A stretch of DNA of 50,888 nt, from assembly GCA_032128115.1 (NCBI GenBank), contig JAQBHB010000099.1:1-50888 (forward strand), in the 5' to 3' direction. Shown one piece after another: positions 9,819 to 19,045 of the stretch. A model generated the notes under the pieces. The model was not told the origin of the DNA. It searched no databases and was given only the letters and a program-made list of their open reading frames with translations. The translations under genes and the position numbers were made by a program. Every line of letters starts with the position of its first letter. The stretch's first letter is position 1. The stretch is from Deltaproteobacteria bacterium (GTDB lineage Bacteria; Myxococcota_A; UBA9160; SMWR01).

Positions 9819-11606
9819 CTAACGCAACTCTTTCTGGAGGGTCTCGAGCTTCTCGCGCAGGAAAGGCTGCTCGCCTTCGCGCGGCTCCAGGCCAACCGCC
9901 TCTTCGAAGCGCTCGAGCGCCCTCTCCTTCTCGTCGAGCAGCAGGTAGGTGTCGCCCAGGTGCTCGGAGATCACCGGGTCGCCGCCCGTGAGTTCCTCGG
10001 CTCGTCTCAGCTCCTTGAGCGCCGTCTGCAGGTACTTCTGGGCCTCGCTGTGCCGGCCGGTCTTGATCAACGGCCGGGCGCGCATGTAGTAGACCCAGCC
10101 CAGGCTGTCGGCGATGTAGCCGTCGTCCGGGCGCAACTCGGCGGCGCGCCGGATCATCGTCTCGGCTTCGTCCAGGTTCTCGCCCTTTTCCGCCAGGGTG
10201 TACCCCACGTAGTTGAGGGCGTTGGCGTTGTCCGGGTTCTGCTCCAGGGCGCGCTGCATGTAGCGCAGGGCGTCTTCGTTGCGCTTGGCCTCACCGTAGA
10301 TGACGCCCAGGTTGTAGAAGACTTCGTCGTCGCGCGCCGTTCCCGTGAGCAGGCTCTCCAGGTGCTGGATGGCGCCGTCGAGGTCGCCGGTCTTGGCGCG
10401 CAGCGAGGCCACGTAGAGTTCCAGGTCGAGGGACGGTTCGGCCTGGGCCACCACCTCGATCGCGACCAGTGCCCGATCGTATTCGCCGCGCTCCTCGTAG
10501 ATCGCAGCCAGGTGCCGGTGCGCCTGGATCGCGTTCTTGTGCTCCGGGGGAATCCTCTCGAAGGCCTCGACGGCCGCCTCGTCGTTCCCGATTCGCCGCA
10601 GCACCACGCCCAGGAAGAACGCGATTTCGTAGTCCTCGGGGTTGGCTTCCAGGGCCCGCTCGAATCGGAGCGCCGCCTCCTCGAACTGCTCGGTCTCGTA
10701 TCGGAGGAAGCCGAGCCGGATCACCGAACGCAGGTCGTCCGGGTAGTGATCTTCGATCTCCTCGAAGATCTCCATGGCGGCGTCGAGATCCTTCTCGGCC
10801 CAGCGCGCCTCGGCCATCGCCACCAGCGTGGCGTGATGGTGCGGGTACTGCTCCAGCAGCTCGCGGTAGAGCTCGATTTCGGCCCCGCGTTCGCCGCGTT
10901 CCCGCAGCGAACGGGCCAGGGCGTCGTAGATCCTGAGGTTGCCCGGGTCCTGCTCGAGGGCCTGGTACAGGGCCGCCTCGGCCTCCAGGGGTCGCTCCAG
11001 GCGCTGGTACGCATTGGCCAGGGCCACCCGCGCCCGCAGCGCATCGGGCTCCGCGTCGACCCACCACTGGGCCGTCGCAAGGGCGTCGTCCAGACGGCCA
11101 CTGCCCAGGTAGACCTGGTAGAGCAGGAAGGCCGCGGCCTCGTCCACGGGCTCAGCGTCCTCGTCGAGAAGCACGCGCTCGGCCCCGACCGGATCGCGAC
11201 GCAGCCGATAGATCTGGCCCAGGAACTGGCGGGTGGAGCGGTCATCGGGATCCAGCTCGAAGGCGCGGTTGGCGTGGTGGAGGGCATCGTCCACCCGGTT
11301 GGTCATGGCCAGGGCCTCGGCCGTCTTGCGATGCAGGTAGGCCGATTCATCGTCCTTGGCCACGGCCCGCTCGAAGGCCGCCACGGCCTCTGCCAGGCGT
11401 CCGTCGCTGCGCAGGAGCTGCGCCACCATGAGGTCGTACGCGGCGGGGGCGTCCGGGCGGATCACGGACTCATCCGTCTGGCCCCGATCGGCCAGCCAGC
11501 CAGGGGCCCAGGTGGCGCAGCCCTGGAGCGGGCCCACGGCCCACACCAGCCCCAGCACCGCTAAAACGGATCGCGCCCTGCCTGTCGCCACCAACCTAGA
11601 ATGCAT
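9819..11606 (-). CDS. Tetratricopeptide-repeat lipoprotein (LbcA/PA4667-like)
   Basis: Lipobox LQGC; many TPR-like helices; C-terminal NALNYVGYTLAE...YIADSLGWVYY...EHLGD signature of this family. Confidence 0.88.
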   Translation of the reverse strand: MHSRLVATGRARSVLAVLGLVWAVGPLQGCATWAPGWLADRGQTDESVIRPDAPAAYDLMVAQLLRSDGRLAEAVAAFERAVAKDDESAYLHRKTAEALAMTNRVDDALHHANRAFELDPDDRSTRQFLGQIYRLRRDPVGAERVLLDEDAEPVDEAAAFLLYQVYLGSGRLDDALATAQWWVDAEPDALRARVALANAYQRLERPLEAEAALYQALEQDPGNLRIYDALARSLRERGERGAEIELYRELLEQYPHHHATLVAMAEARWAEKDLDAAMEIFEEIEDHYPDDLRSVIRLGFLRYETEQFEEAALRFERALEANPEDYEIAFFLGVVLRRIGNDEAAVEAFERIPPEHKNAIQAHRHLAAIYEERGEYDRALVAIEVVAQAEPSLDLELYVASLRAKTGDLDGAIQHLESLLTGTARDDEVFYNLGVIYGEAKRNEDALRYMQRALEQNPDNANALNYVGYTLAEKGENLDEAETMIRRAAELRPDDGYIADSLGWVYYMRARPLIKTGRHSEAQKYLQTALKELRRAEELTGGDPVISEHLGDTYLLLDEKERALERFEEAVGLEPREGEQPFLREKLETLQKELR

Positions 11607-11651
11607 CTCCCCCCGCCTCGCCGTCCACCCAGGTCGGACACTCGAGAGCCC

Positions 11652-12257
11652 TCAGGCGCTCCGCAGCTTGTCCAGGTAACGCAAAAGCTCCGCGACGCTC
11701 TCTTCGACCGATTGGGCGTTCGTATCCAGTACCAGTTCGGGCTCGAGAGGGGCCTCGTAGGGGGCCGAGATTCCGGTGAACTCGGGGATCTCACCGGCCC
11801 GCGCCTTGGCGTAGAGGCCCTTCACGTCTCGCCCCTCGCAGGTCTCCACCGTGGCGTCCACCCACACCTCCACGAAGTCGCCCTTGCCCATCAGGCCGCG
11901 CACCGCGTCGCGATCGGCCCGGTAGGGCGAGATGAACGAGGTGATCACGATGACGCCGGCATCGCTGAAGAGCTTCGCCACCTCGCCGATGCGCCGGATG
12001 TTCTCGGTGCGGTCGTCGGGTGAGAAACCCAGATTGGAATTCAGGCCGTGGCGGATGTTGTCGCCGTCGAGGACGTAGGCCAGGCGCCCCTGCTGCACCA
12101 GGGCGGCCTCGGTGGCCACGGCGATGGTCGATTTGCCCGAGCCCGACAGGCCGGTGAGCCAGACGGTGACTCCCTTCTGGCCCAGCAGGCGCTCGCGGTC
12201 GGCGCGCCCGATGTGGCCGGCGTGCCAGGTGATGTTCGTGCTCTTGGTGTCGGACAC
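11652..12257 (-). CDS. cysC: Adenylyl-sulfate kinase
   Basis: WLTGLSGSGKST, LDGDNIRHGL, ENIRR, FISPY, RDVKGLY, FTGISAPYE. Confidence 0.96.
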   Translation of the reverse strand: MSDTKSTNITWHAGHIGRADRERLLGQKGVTVWLTGLSGSGKSTIAVATEAALVQQGRLAYVLDGDNIRHGLNSNLGFSPDDRTENIRRIGEVAKLFSDAGVIVITSFISPYRADRDAVRGLMGKGDFVEVWVDATVETCEGRDVKGLYAKARAGEIPEFTGISAPYEAPLEPELVLDTNAQSVEESVAELLRYLDKLRSA

Positions 12258-12305
12258 CGGGGGGGCTCCTCTGTCGATACGCGTTGGGGATCGCGACCTC
12301 TGAGA

Positions 12306-13502
12306 CTAGCGCGACCTGGCGCTGGCGGAGCCGGTTCGCTGGGCCCGGAGCTCCCGAACCACCGGGATCAGGGCGTCGCAGACGCGATCGATCTCCTCCC
12401 GGGTGTTGCTTCGGCCGAGACCGAAGCGCAGCGACCCCCGCAGGCGGTCGGCCGGCAGGCCCAGGGCCCGAAGCACGTGGCTGGGCTCGGGCGAGGCCGA
12501 CGAACAGGCCGAACCCGAGGAGAGGGCCATCCCCGGCAGGGACGAAATCAGGGCATCGGCCTCCACTCCCGAGAAGGCCACGCTCAGGTTGCCCGGCAGG
12601 CGCCGCTCCGGGTGACCGTTCAGGTGGATGCCCTCCAGCTCCTTCGAGAGGCGTGCCCAGAGCTGCTGACGAAGTTCCAGGAGCCTCGCCGACTCGGCGC
12701 CCAGATCCTGGAGGCACAGGTCCACCGCCTCGGCGAAACCCACGATCAGCGGCAGGGGCAGGGTTCCCGGGCGCAATCCGCGCTCCTGGCCGCCGCCCTG
12801 GAACAGGGGAGCCAATCGGATCCGGGGACGTCGGCGCCGCACGTACAGGGCACCCACACCCGGCGGCCCGTACAGCTTGTGGGCGCACCACGACAGCAGA
12901 TCGATGCCCAGGGCCGCAACGTCCAGCGGGATCTTGCCCACCGCCTGGGCCGCATCGCAGTGGAAGAGAACCCCCCGCTCCCGGCACACGCTCCCGATCT
13001 CGGCCAGGGGCTGGAGCACCCCGATCTCGCTGTTGGCCGCCATCACCGACACCAGCAGCGTGCGCTCGCCGATGGCGCGGCGCACGGCCTCCGGATCCAC
13101 CAGACCGTGTTCGTCCACCGGGAGCAGTGTCAGCGAGAAGCCGTCGCGCTCGAGCGCCCGGCAGGTCTCGAGCACCGCCGGGTGCTCCGTCTCGACACTG
13201 ACCAGGTGATTGCGCCGCGGGCCTGCGGCGCGAGCAACGCCCGCGATCGCCAGGTTGTCGCTCTCGGTGGTTCCGCTGGTGAAGGTGATCTCGGTCGGGT
13301 CCGCGGCGCCGATGGCCGCCGCCAGGCGTTCGCGCGCCTGCTCCACGGCGGCTTCCGCACGCCAGCCGAACTCGTGGCTGCGACTCGACGCGTTGCCGAA
13401 CTGCTCGTGGAAGTAGGGCTCCATCACCCGGACGACGCGCAGATCGGTGGGCGTCGTCGCGTGGTGATCGAGATAGATCCTAGGCGCCGAAGGACTCCCC
13501 AC
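12306..13502 (-). CDS. iscS: Cysteine desulfurase, group I (IscS/NifS)
   Basis: IYLDHHATTP, FTSGTTES, EHPAV, HCDAAQ, AHK (PLP lysine), SSGSAC catalytic motif. Confidence 0.93.
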   Translation of the reverse strand: MGSPSAPRIYLDHHATTPTDLRVVRVMEPYFHEQFGNASSRSHEFGWRAEAAVEQARERLAAAIGAADPTEITFTSGTTESDNLAIAGVARAAGPRRNHLVSVETEHPAVLETCRALERDGFSLTLLPVDEHGLVDPEAVRRAIGERTLLVSVMAANSEIGVLQPLAEIGSVCRERGVLFHCDAAQAVGKIPLDVAALGIDLLSWCAHKLYGPPGVGALYVRRRRPRIRLAPLFQGGGQERGLRPGTLPLPLIVGFAEAVDLCLQDLGAESARLLELRQQLWARLSKELEGIHLNGHPERRLPGNLSVAFSGVEADALISSLPGMALSSGSACSSASPEPSHVLRALGLPADRLRGSLRFGLGRSNTREEIDRVCDALIPVVRELRAQRTGSASARSR

Positions 13503-13812
13503 AGCCGCAGGTGGTGGTGGCGTTGGGGTTGCTCATCTTGAAGCCCGACTCCTGGAGTCCGTCCACGAAATCGAGCGAGGTGCCCACCAGATAGAGCGCA
13601 CTCTTTTCGTCGACGATGACCCGGACGCCGCCGGCGTCGAGTTCGGTGTCGGTCTCGCCCACCTGGTCGTCGAACGCCAGCTCGTAGCGCAGGCCGGAAC
13701 AGCCGCCTCCCACCACCTTCATGCGCAGGCCGTGGCTTCCGACCTTGCCCTCCCGCTCCAGCAGGCTGCGGATCTGTCCGGCGGCGGATTCGGTGACTTC
13801 GATCAGGGGCAT
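13480..13812 (-). CDS. iscA: A-type Fe-S carrier (IscA/ErpA/HesB)
   Basis: GGGCSG and NPNATTTCGCGESF motifs; GGAG RBS upstream. Confidence 0.93.
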   Translation of the reverse strand: MPLIEVTESAAGQIRSLLEREGKVGSHGLRMKVVGGGCSGLRYELAFDDQVGETDTELDAGGVRVIVDEKSALYLVGTSLDFVDGLQESGFKMSNPNATTTCGCGESFGA

Positions 13813-13846
13813 GGATTCTCCGGGGTTCCGAAAGTGCTTGTCCTAT

Positions 13847-13874
13847 AAGATAAAATTGTGGGGCCACAAGTCAA
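13847..13874 (-). promoter_or_regulatory. Sigma70-type promoter for iscA-iscS with a palindrome in the spacer
   Basis: TTGACT-16 bp-TATCTT on the minus strand; TTGTGG-GG-CCACAA inverted repeat at 13856-13869; AT-rich island. Confidence 0.55.
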
Positions 13875-14635
13875 TGCACCCCACCCTCCCCCCCTTCTTC
13901 GGCACTGGCTGGCCCCATCCAGAGGAAGATCTCGCGATTCCCCTTGGGGCCCGCGAGGCGGCTCTCCGCCTCGCCCCGGAAGGCATAGCCCTCGCCTTCT
14001 GCGCACTCGCGAACCCCTAGCACGGCGGCGGCACGCAGCTCATCGGAGCGCACCACGCCCCCCCGGCCCACCTGGTCGCGTCCCACCTCGAACTGGGGCT
14101 TCACCATCACCAGCAGATCCGCCCGCGGGGCCACCCGGGCCAGCCCGGGGATCAGCAGGCGAGCCGAGATGAACGAGACATCCAGCGTAACCAGGTCGAT
14201 CGTCTCGGGAATCGCCTCGGGGGTCAGGTGGCGGGCGTTGGTGCGCTCGAGCACGCGCACGCGGGGATCGTCGCGAAGTCGAGCGGCCAGCTGCCCATAG
14301 CCCACGTCTACGGCCACCACCCGCGCGGCGCCGGCCTGGAGCAGGCAGTCGCTGAAGCCCCCGGTGGAGGCACCCACGTCGAGACAGCTGCGGCCCGTCA
14401 CGTCGAGGCCCAGGTCGCAAAGGGCGCCGGCGAGCTTTTCACCGCCCCGAGACACGAAGCGACGCTCACCGCCGCGCAGCCGCACTCGGCACTCGGCGCG
14501 CACGCGCACGCCGGGCTTGTCGCTGGGCTCGTCGTTCACCAGCACGCGGCCGGCGCGAATCAGGGCCTGGGCACGGGTGCGGGATTCGGCCAGTCCCTCG
14601 GCAACCAGCCGCTCGTCGAGGCGCTGGGCCTTCAG
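13871..14635 (-). CDS. tlyA: TlyA family RNA methyltransferase (S4 + FtsJ domains)
   Basis: RLDERLV...SRTRAQALI, FVSRGGEKL, LDVGASTGGF, VDVGYGQL, DVSFIS, KPQFE, GPKGNRE. Start inferred at CTG overlapping the dxs TGA. Confidence 0.92.
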   Translation of the reverse strand: MKAQRLDERLVAEGLAESRTRAQALIRAGRVLVNDEPSDKPGVRVRAECRVRLRGGERRFVSRGGEKLAGALCDLGLDVTGRSCLDVGASTGGFSDCLLQAGAARVVAVDVGYGQLAARLRDDPRVRVLERTNARHLTPEAIPETIDLVTLDVSFISARLLIPGLARVAPRADLLVMVKPQFEVGRDQVGRGGVVRSDELRAAAVLGVRECAEGEGYAFRGEAESRLAGPKGNREIFLWMGPASAEEGGEGGVH

Positions 14636-16524
14636 CGATGGCTCTCGAGCAGCGAGCGCACGCCCCGGGCGATCCCGTCGGCGTCGAGGCCCAGCTCCGC
14701 CAGCAGATGGTCCGGGTTGCCGTGCTCGATCAGTCGATCCGGAATGGCCAGGCAACGCGCGGGGACGACCACGCCCTGCTCGGCCAGGGCCTCGAGCACG
14801 GCGGCGCCGAAGCCGCCCATGGCCGCGTGCTCTTCCACCGTCACGATCGCGCCGCAGCGGCTGGCCATCGAGGCGATGCGCGACACGTCCAGGGGCTTCA
14901 CGAAGCGCGCATTGAGCACCGCCACCGAGATGCCTTCGGCGGCGAGCTGGCCGGCTGCGTCCAGGGCTGGATGCACCCGCGTTCCCAGCGCCACCACCAG
15001 GGCATCGCTGCCCTCGCACAGCAGCTCGGCCTCGCCCACGGGCACGCTCTTGATGTCGGGATCCAGAGGCACGCCTACGCCGGTGCCGCGCGGGTAGCGG
15101 ATCGCCGCCGGCCCCGGGTATTCCACGGCCGTGCGCAGCATGTGCTGCAGCTCGTTCTCGTCCTTCGGGGCCATGACGACGATGTTGGGCAGCGTGCGCA
15201 GATAAGCGCAGTCGTAGAAGCCCTGGTGGGTGGCTCCGTCGGCGCCCACCAGGCCAGCCCGGTCCATGGCGAACGTCACGTCCAGGTTCTGGATGCACAC
15301 GTCGTGCACCACCTGGTCGTAGGCGCGCTGCAGGAACGTGGAGTAGATGGCCGCCACGGGCTTCATGCCCTCGGTGGCAAGACCGGCCGCGAAGGTCACC
15401 GCGTGCTGCTCGGCAATGCCCACGTCGTAGAAGCGGTCCGGGAAGGCGCGATTGAAGCGGTCCAGGCTGGTGCCGTCGGCCATGGCCGCGGTGATCCCCA
15501 CGATGCGGTCGTCTTCCCGCGCCAGCCGGATCAGCGTGTCGGCGAAGACCTCCTGGTATTTGGGCGGGCCGGGCTTCGAGGGGCGCATCCTGCCCGACTC
15601 GATCTCGAAGGCGCCCACGCCGTGGTACCGGAAGGGATCCTGCTGGGCCGGCTCGTAGCCGTAGCCCTTGGCCGTCAGCACGTGCACCAGGATGGGGCCC
15701 TCGCCGTTGGCCAGCATCTGCTTCACGTTCTCGAAGGTCTCGATCAGTACGTCGATGCGGTGGCCCTGGATGGGGCCCAGGTACCGGAAATTCAGGGCCT
15801 CGAAGATCAGCCCCGGCGAGAAGAAGACCTTCAGCGATTCCTCGGCCTTCTGGGCCCAGTGCAGCATGTCGCCGGGCATGGAGCCCAGGAACTCCTTGGC
15901 CCAGCCCTTGATGGTTCGCACCATGGGCTTCGAGAGCTTTCGCGACAGGAAGTCGGACATGGCGCCCACGTTGGGCGAGATGGACATCTCGTTGTCGTTG
16001 AGCACCACCACCAGGTTCTTCTGCTGCAGGTGCCCGGCCTGGTTGAGCCCCTCGAAGGCCATGCCGCAGGTCATGCCGCCGTCGCCGATCAGTGCGATGG
16101 CGCAGCCTTCCTGCCCCTTGTGCTGCATGGCACGCGCCATGCCCAGGGCGGCGGAGATCGATGTGCCCGCGTGTCCGGCGCCGAAGTGGTCGTACTCCGA
16201 CTCGGAGCGGCGCAGGAACTTGGCGATTCCGCCCGCGGTGCCGATCTTCTCGAAGGCCTCGCGCCGCCCAGTGAGCATCTTGTGTCCGTAGCCCTGGTGT
16301 CCCACGTCGAGCACCAGGCGATCGCGCGGCGTATCGAAGACGTAGTGGATGGCGGTGATCAGCTCGACGGCCCCCAGGCTCGACGCCAGGTGTCCGCCCG
16401 TGCGCGACACCTTTTCGATGATCTCCTCGCGCAGCTCCTCGGCCACGCGTCGCACCTGGTCGCGGGGCACCCGCCGCAGGTCGGCGGGCGAATCGATCCC
16501 CGTGAGCAACCGCTGCTCGCTCAT
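14632..16524 (-). CDS. dxs: 1-deoxy-D-xylulose-5-phosphate synthase
   Basis: GGHLASSLG, DVGHQGY, GHAGTSISA, GDG...LNDN TPP motif, DVGIAEQHAV, DRAGLVGADGATH. Confidence 0.97.
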   Translation of the reverse strand: MSEQRLLTGIDSPADLRRVPRDQVRRVAEELREEIIEKVSRTGGHLASSLGAVELITAIHYVFDTPRDRLVLDVGHQGYGHKMLTGRREAFEKIGTAGGIAKFLRRSESEYDHFGAGHAGTSISAALGMARAMQHKGQEGCAIALIGDGGMTCGMAFEGLNQAGHLQQKNLVVVLNDNEMSISPNVGAMSDFLSRKLSKPMVRTIKGWAKEFLGSMPGDMLHWAQKAEESLKVFFSPGLIFEALNFRYLGPIQGHRIDVLIETFENVKQMLANGEGPILVHVLTAKGYGYEPAQQDPFRYHGVGAFEIESGRMRPSKPGPPKYQEVFADTLIRLAREDDRIVGITAAMADGTSLDRFNRAFPDRFYDVGIAEQHAVTFAAGLATEGMKPVAAIYSTFLQRAYDQVVHDVCIQNLDVTFAMDRAGLVGADGATHQGFYDCAYLRTLPNIVVMAPKDENELQHMLRTAVEYPGPAAIRYPRGTGVGVPLDPDIKSVPVGEAELLCEGSDALVVALGTRVHPALDAAGQLAAEGISVAVLNARFVKPLDVSRIASMASRCGAIVTVEEHAAMGGFGAAVLEALAEQGVVVPARCLAIPDRLIEHGNPDHLLAELGLDADGIARGVRSLLESHR

Positions 16525-17360
16525 GGCCTCCTCCGCACCGCAAAACGCGCCAACTCTCGCAGGGGCTCTGCGCGCTCGCCCAGAGTTTCGATCTCGGCGA
16601 GCGCCGCGTCCAGAAGCGCCTCGGCCCGCTGGCCGGCGGCCTCGCGCCCCAGGGCCCGGACCATCGAGCAGGCGCCGTCTTCGTGCTCGTCCTGGAGATC
16701 GTCCGCGATCTGGAAGGCCACGCCCACGCGCTCGGCGAACAGCCGCAGGCGCCCCAGGAGCTCGTCCTCGGCACCGGCCAGGCGGGCGCCGGCCACCACC
16801 GAGGCGGCGATCAGGGCCGCGGACTTGCGGGCGTGCACGCTCTCGATGCGTCCGGCGTCGGTGTCGGCGGCGTCGAAGTCCAGATCGTCTGCCTGGCCTC
16901 CCACGAGCTGTCGCGAGCCCGCCGCCTCGGCCAGATCGCGCACCGCGCCAAGCACCCGCGCCGGCGCCGCGTCGCCATCCCGGGCAAGCGCTCCGAAGGC
17001 GGCCGCCAGCAGTGCGTCGCCCGCCAGCACGGCCGTGGCCTCACCGAAAGCGACGTGAACGCAGGGGCGGCCCCGGCGCTCGGCGTCGTCGTCCATACAG
17101 GGAAGGTCGTCGTGGATCAGCGAGTAGGTGTGGATCAACTCGACGGCCACCGCGGCCGGCAGCGCCGCCTCGGGCCGGGCGCCCACCGCCTCGGCGGCTG
17201 CCACGGCCAGGGTCGGCCGCAGACGCTTGCCGCCGGGAAACACCAGGTGGCGCATGGCCGCGTGGAGCCTCGCCGGAGGCTCGCTGGCCGGGGGAATCGC
17301 TTCGTCGAGCGCGCGCTCCAGCAGGGGCGCCCGCTCGCGCAGATAGGCGCGCGCGTCCAC
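16521..17360 (-). CDS. ispA: Farnesyl/geranylgeranyl diphosphate synthase
   Basis: GGKRLRP, HTYSLIHDDLPCMDDDAERRG, GQADD, FQIADD; GTG start overlaps the xseB TAG. Confidence 0.92.
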   Translation of the reverse strand: MDARAYLRERAPLLERALDEAIPPASEPPARLHAAMRHLVFPGGKRLRPTLAVAAAEAVGARPEAALPAAVAVELIHTYSLIHDDLPCMDDDAERRGRPCVHVAFGEATAVLAGDALLAAAFGALARDGDAAPARVLGAVRDLAEAAGSRQLVGGQADDLDFDAADTDAGRIESVHARKSAALIAASVVAGARLAGAEDELLGRLRLFAERVGVAFQIADDLQDEHEDGACSMVRALGREAAGQRAEALLDAALAEIETLGERAEPLRELARFAVRRRP

Positions 17361-17656
17361 TAGTCGCCGCTCTCCTCGGGCGCTTCGAAGTCCTGGGCGG
17401 TCCACTCCCCGCTCTCGCGGGTCAGCACCTGAATGCGACGCTCGGCCTGCTTGAGCTGCTCGGCACAGCGGCGCGACAGGGCCACCCCGTCTTCGAAGGT
17501 CGCCAGCGCGACCTCGAGCTCGAGTTCGCCCGCCTCCAGACGACTCACCACCTGCTCCAGGCGCTCGAGCGCGACCTCGAATGACAACTCCTCGGCACCC
17601 GGCAAGCCTGCGGGATCGGCGGATTTGGCGGCATCGGCTTGTCGCGCTCTGGTCAT
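17360..17656 (-). CDS. xseB: Exodeoxyribonuclease VII small subunit
   Basis: SFEVALERLEQVVSRLEAGELELE...FEDGVAL...LKQAERRI; canonical xseA-xseB-ispA-dxs order. Confidence 0.93.
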   Translation of the reverse strand: MTRARQADAAKSADPAGLPGAEELSFEVALERLEQVVSRLEAGELELEVALATFEDGVALSRRCAEQLKQAERRIQVLTRESGEWTAQDFEAPEESGD

Positions 17657-17763
17657 GGGACGAACGCTGGCCTCCGCGCAGCAGGGTGAGCGCGATGCTA
17701 TCCGCGAGGCGCCCGAGCGTCAAACCGGGTTCTGGGTCGAAACGCCTGTTTTCAAAGGGACTT

Positions 17764-19014
17764 TTACTTTCTGGCGAATGCCGGGCCGAGAGGCCGGGTC
17801 GATTCCACCGCGGCTTCGATCTCGGCCTCGGCCACTCGGATCGAGAGAAGCTCGCCCGGGGGCGCCTGGTCGGCGCGGCGCACGATCTCGCCGTCGGACC
17901 TGCGCCGCACGAGCGCGTAGCCCCGCCCCAGAACGGCCAGGGGCGAGAGGGAGTCCATGCGCGCGGCCAGTTCTCCGAGCGCCGCACGCGCCTCGTTGAC
18001 CACCGCCCCGGCGGCGCGCGGCAGGGCGCGAGCGGCCACCTGGAAGCGAGCGCGCTGGGCCGCCAGACGTGCCGATGGTGCGTGAGCCCACAAGGCATCC
18101 CGCCCGCGCTCCCAGCGAGCCGCAAGCCGCTCCAACAGGGCCGACGCGGCGCGCTGGAGCCTGCGCCCGTCCCGGGCCAGATCGCTCGCCAGGGCGGCGC
18201 GGTCCGGCAGGGCCAGCTCTGCGGCGGCCGAGGGGGTGGGGGCGCGCAGATCCGCCGTCAGGTCGGCGATGGTGACGTCCACGTCATGGCCCACGCCGCT
18301 CACCACCGGCACCGGCGCACGTGCGATGGCACGCGCCAGCGTCTCGGTATTGAAGGGCTGCAGATCTTCCAGGCTGCCGCCGCCGCGCACCAACAGGATC
18401 ACGTCCACGCCGCCGTATTCGCCGAGCGCGTCGAGTGCGGCCGCCACCTCGTCCTCGGCGCCGGGCCCCTGGACCCGGGTCGGAGCGATCAGCAGCGGCG
18501 CACCCGGAAAGCGGCGGCCGGTCACTTCGATCACATCGCGCAGCGCCGCCCCCGTGGGCGAGGTGACCACGCCCACACGCCGCGGGATCGCGGGCAGGGC
18601 CCGCTTGCGCGCCGGGTCGAACAGGCCCTCGGCTTCCAGGCGTCGTCGCAGCTGCTCGAAGGCCAGCTGCAGGGCGCCGCGACCCCGGGGTTCCAGGCGG
18701 CGCACGATGATCTGGAGATCTCCGCGTGCCTCGTACACCGTGACTTCGGCGTACGCGAGAACCTCGAGCCCATCCTCGAGCTCGAAGGCCAGCTTGCGCG
18801 CCTCGTTTCGAAACAGGGCCGAACGGATCTGGCCGCCGTCGCCCTTCAACGTGAAGTACACGTGACCCGAGCCAGGCCGCGCCAGGTTGCTGATCTCGCC
18901 CGCGATCCACAGGCGACCCACGCGATCTTCGAGCAGGGAGCGCACGCCGCGCAGGACATCGCCCACGCTGTAGATGGGAGGTGCTTCCGCGGCCCCGGGT
19001 GCGGTTTCGGTCAT
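17764..19014 (-). CDS. xseA: Exodeoxyribonuclease VII large subunit
   Basis: GEISN...SGHVYFTLK, VTSPTGAALRD, RGGGSLEDL, SGVGH, RAPTPSAAAE, LSPLAVLGRGY. Confidence 0.95.
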   Translation of the reverse strand: MTETAPGAAEAPPIYSVGDVLRGVRSLLEDRVGRLWIAGEISNLARPGSGHVYFTLKGDGGQIRSALFRNEARKLAFELEDGLEVLAYAEVTVYEARGDLQIIVRRLEPRGRGALQLAFEQLRRRLEAEGLFDPARKRALPAIPRRVGVVTSPTGAALRDVIEVTGRRFPGAPLLIAPTRVQGPGAEDEVAAALDALGEYGGVDVILLVRGGGSLEDLQPFNTETLARAIARAPVPVVSGVGHDVDVTIADLTADLRAPTPSAAAELALPDRAALASDLARDGRRLQRAASALLERLAARWERGRDALWAHAPSARLAAQRARFQVAARALPRAAGAVVNEARAALGELAARMDSLSPLAVLGRGYALVRRRSDGEIVRRADQAPPGELLSIRVAEAEIEAAVESTRPLGPAFARK

Positions 19015-19045
19015 ACCACCCTGGTCGCGTCCGGAAGGGATGGCG

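Noticed and set aside
9624..11564. 646-aa plus-strand ORF
   Set aside because: Antisense to the TPR gene.
13871..16774. Apparent 967-aa TlyA fusion
   Set aside because: The upstream part is an Arg/Gly/Pro-rich alternative frame over dxs; homology starts at 14635.
14638..17058. 806-aa plus-strand ORF
   Set aside because: Antisense to dxs/ispA.
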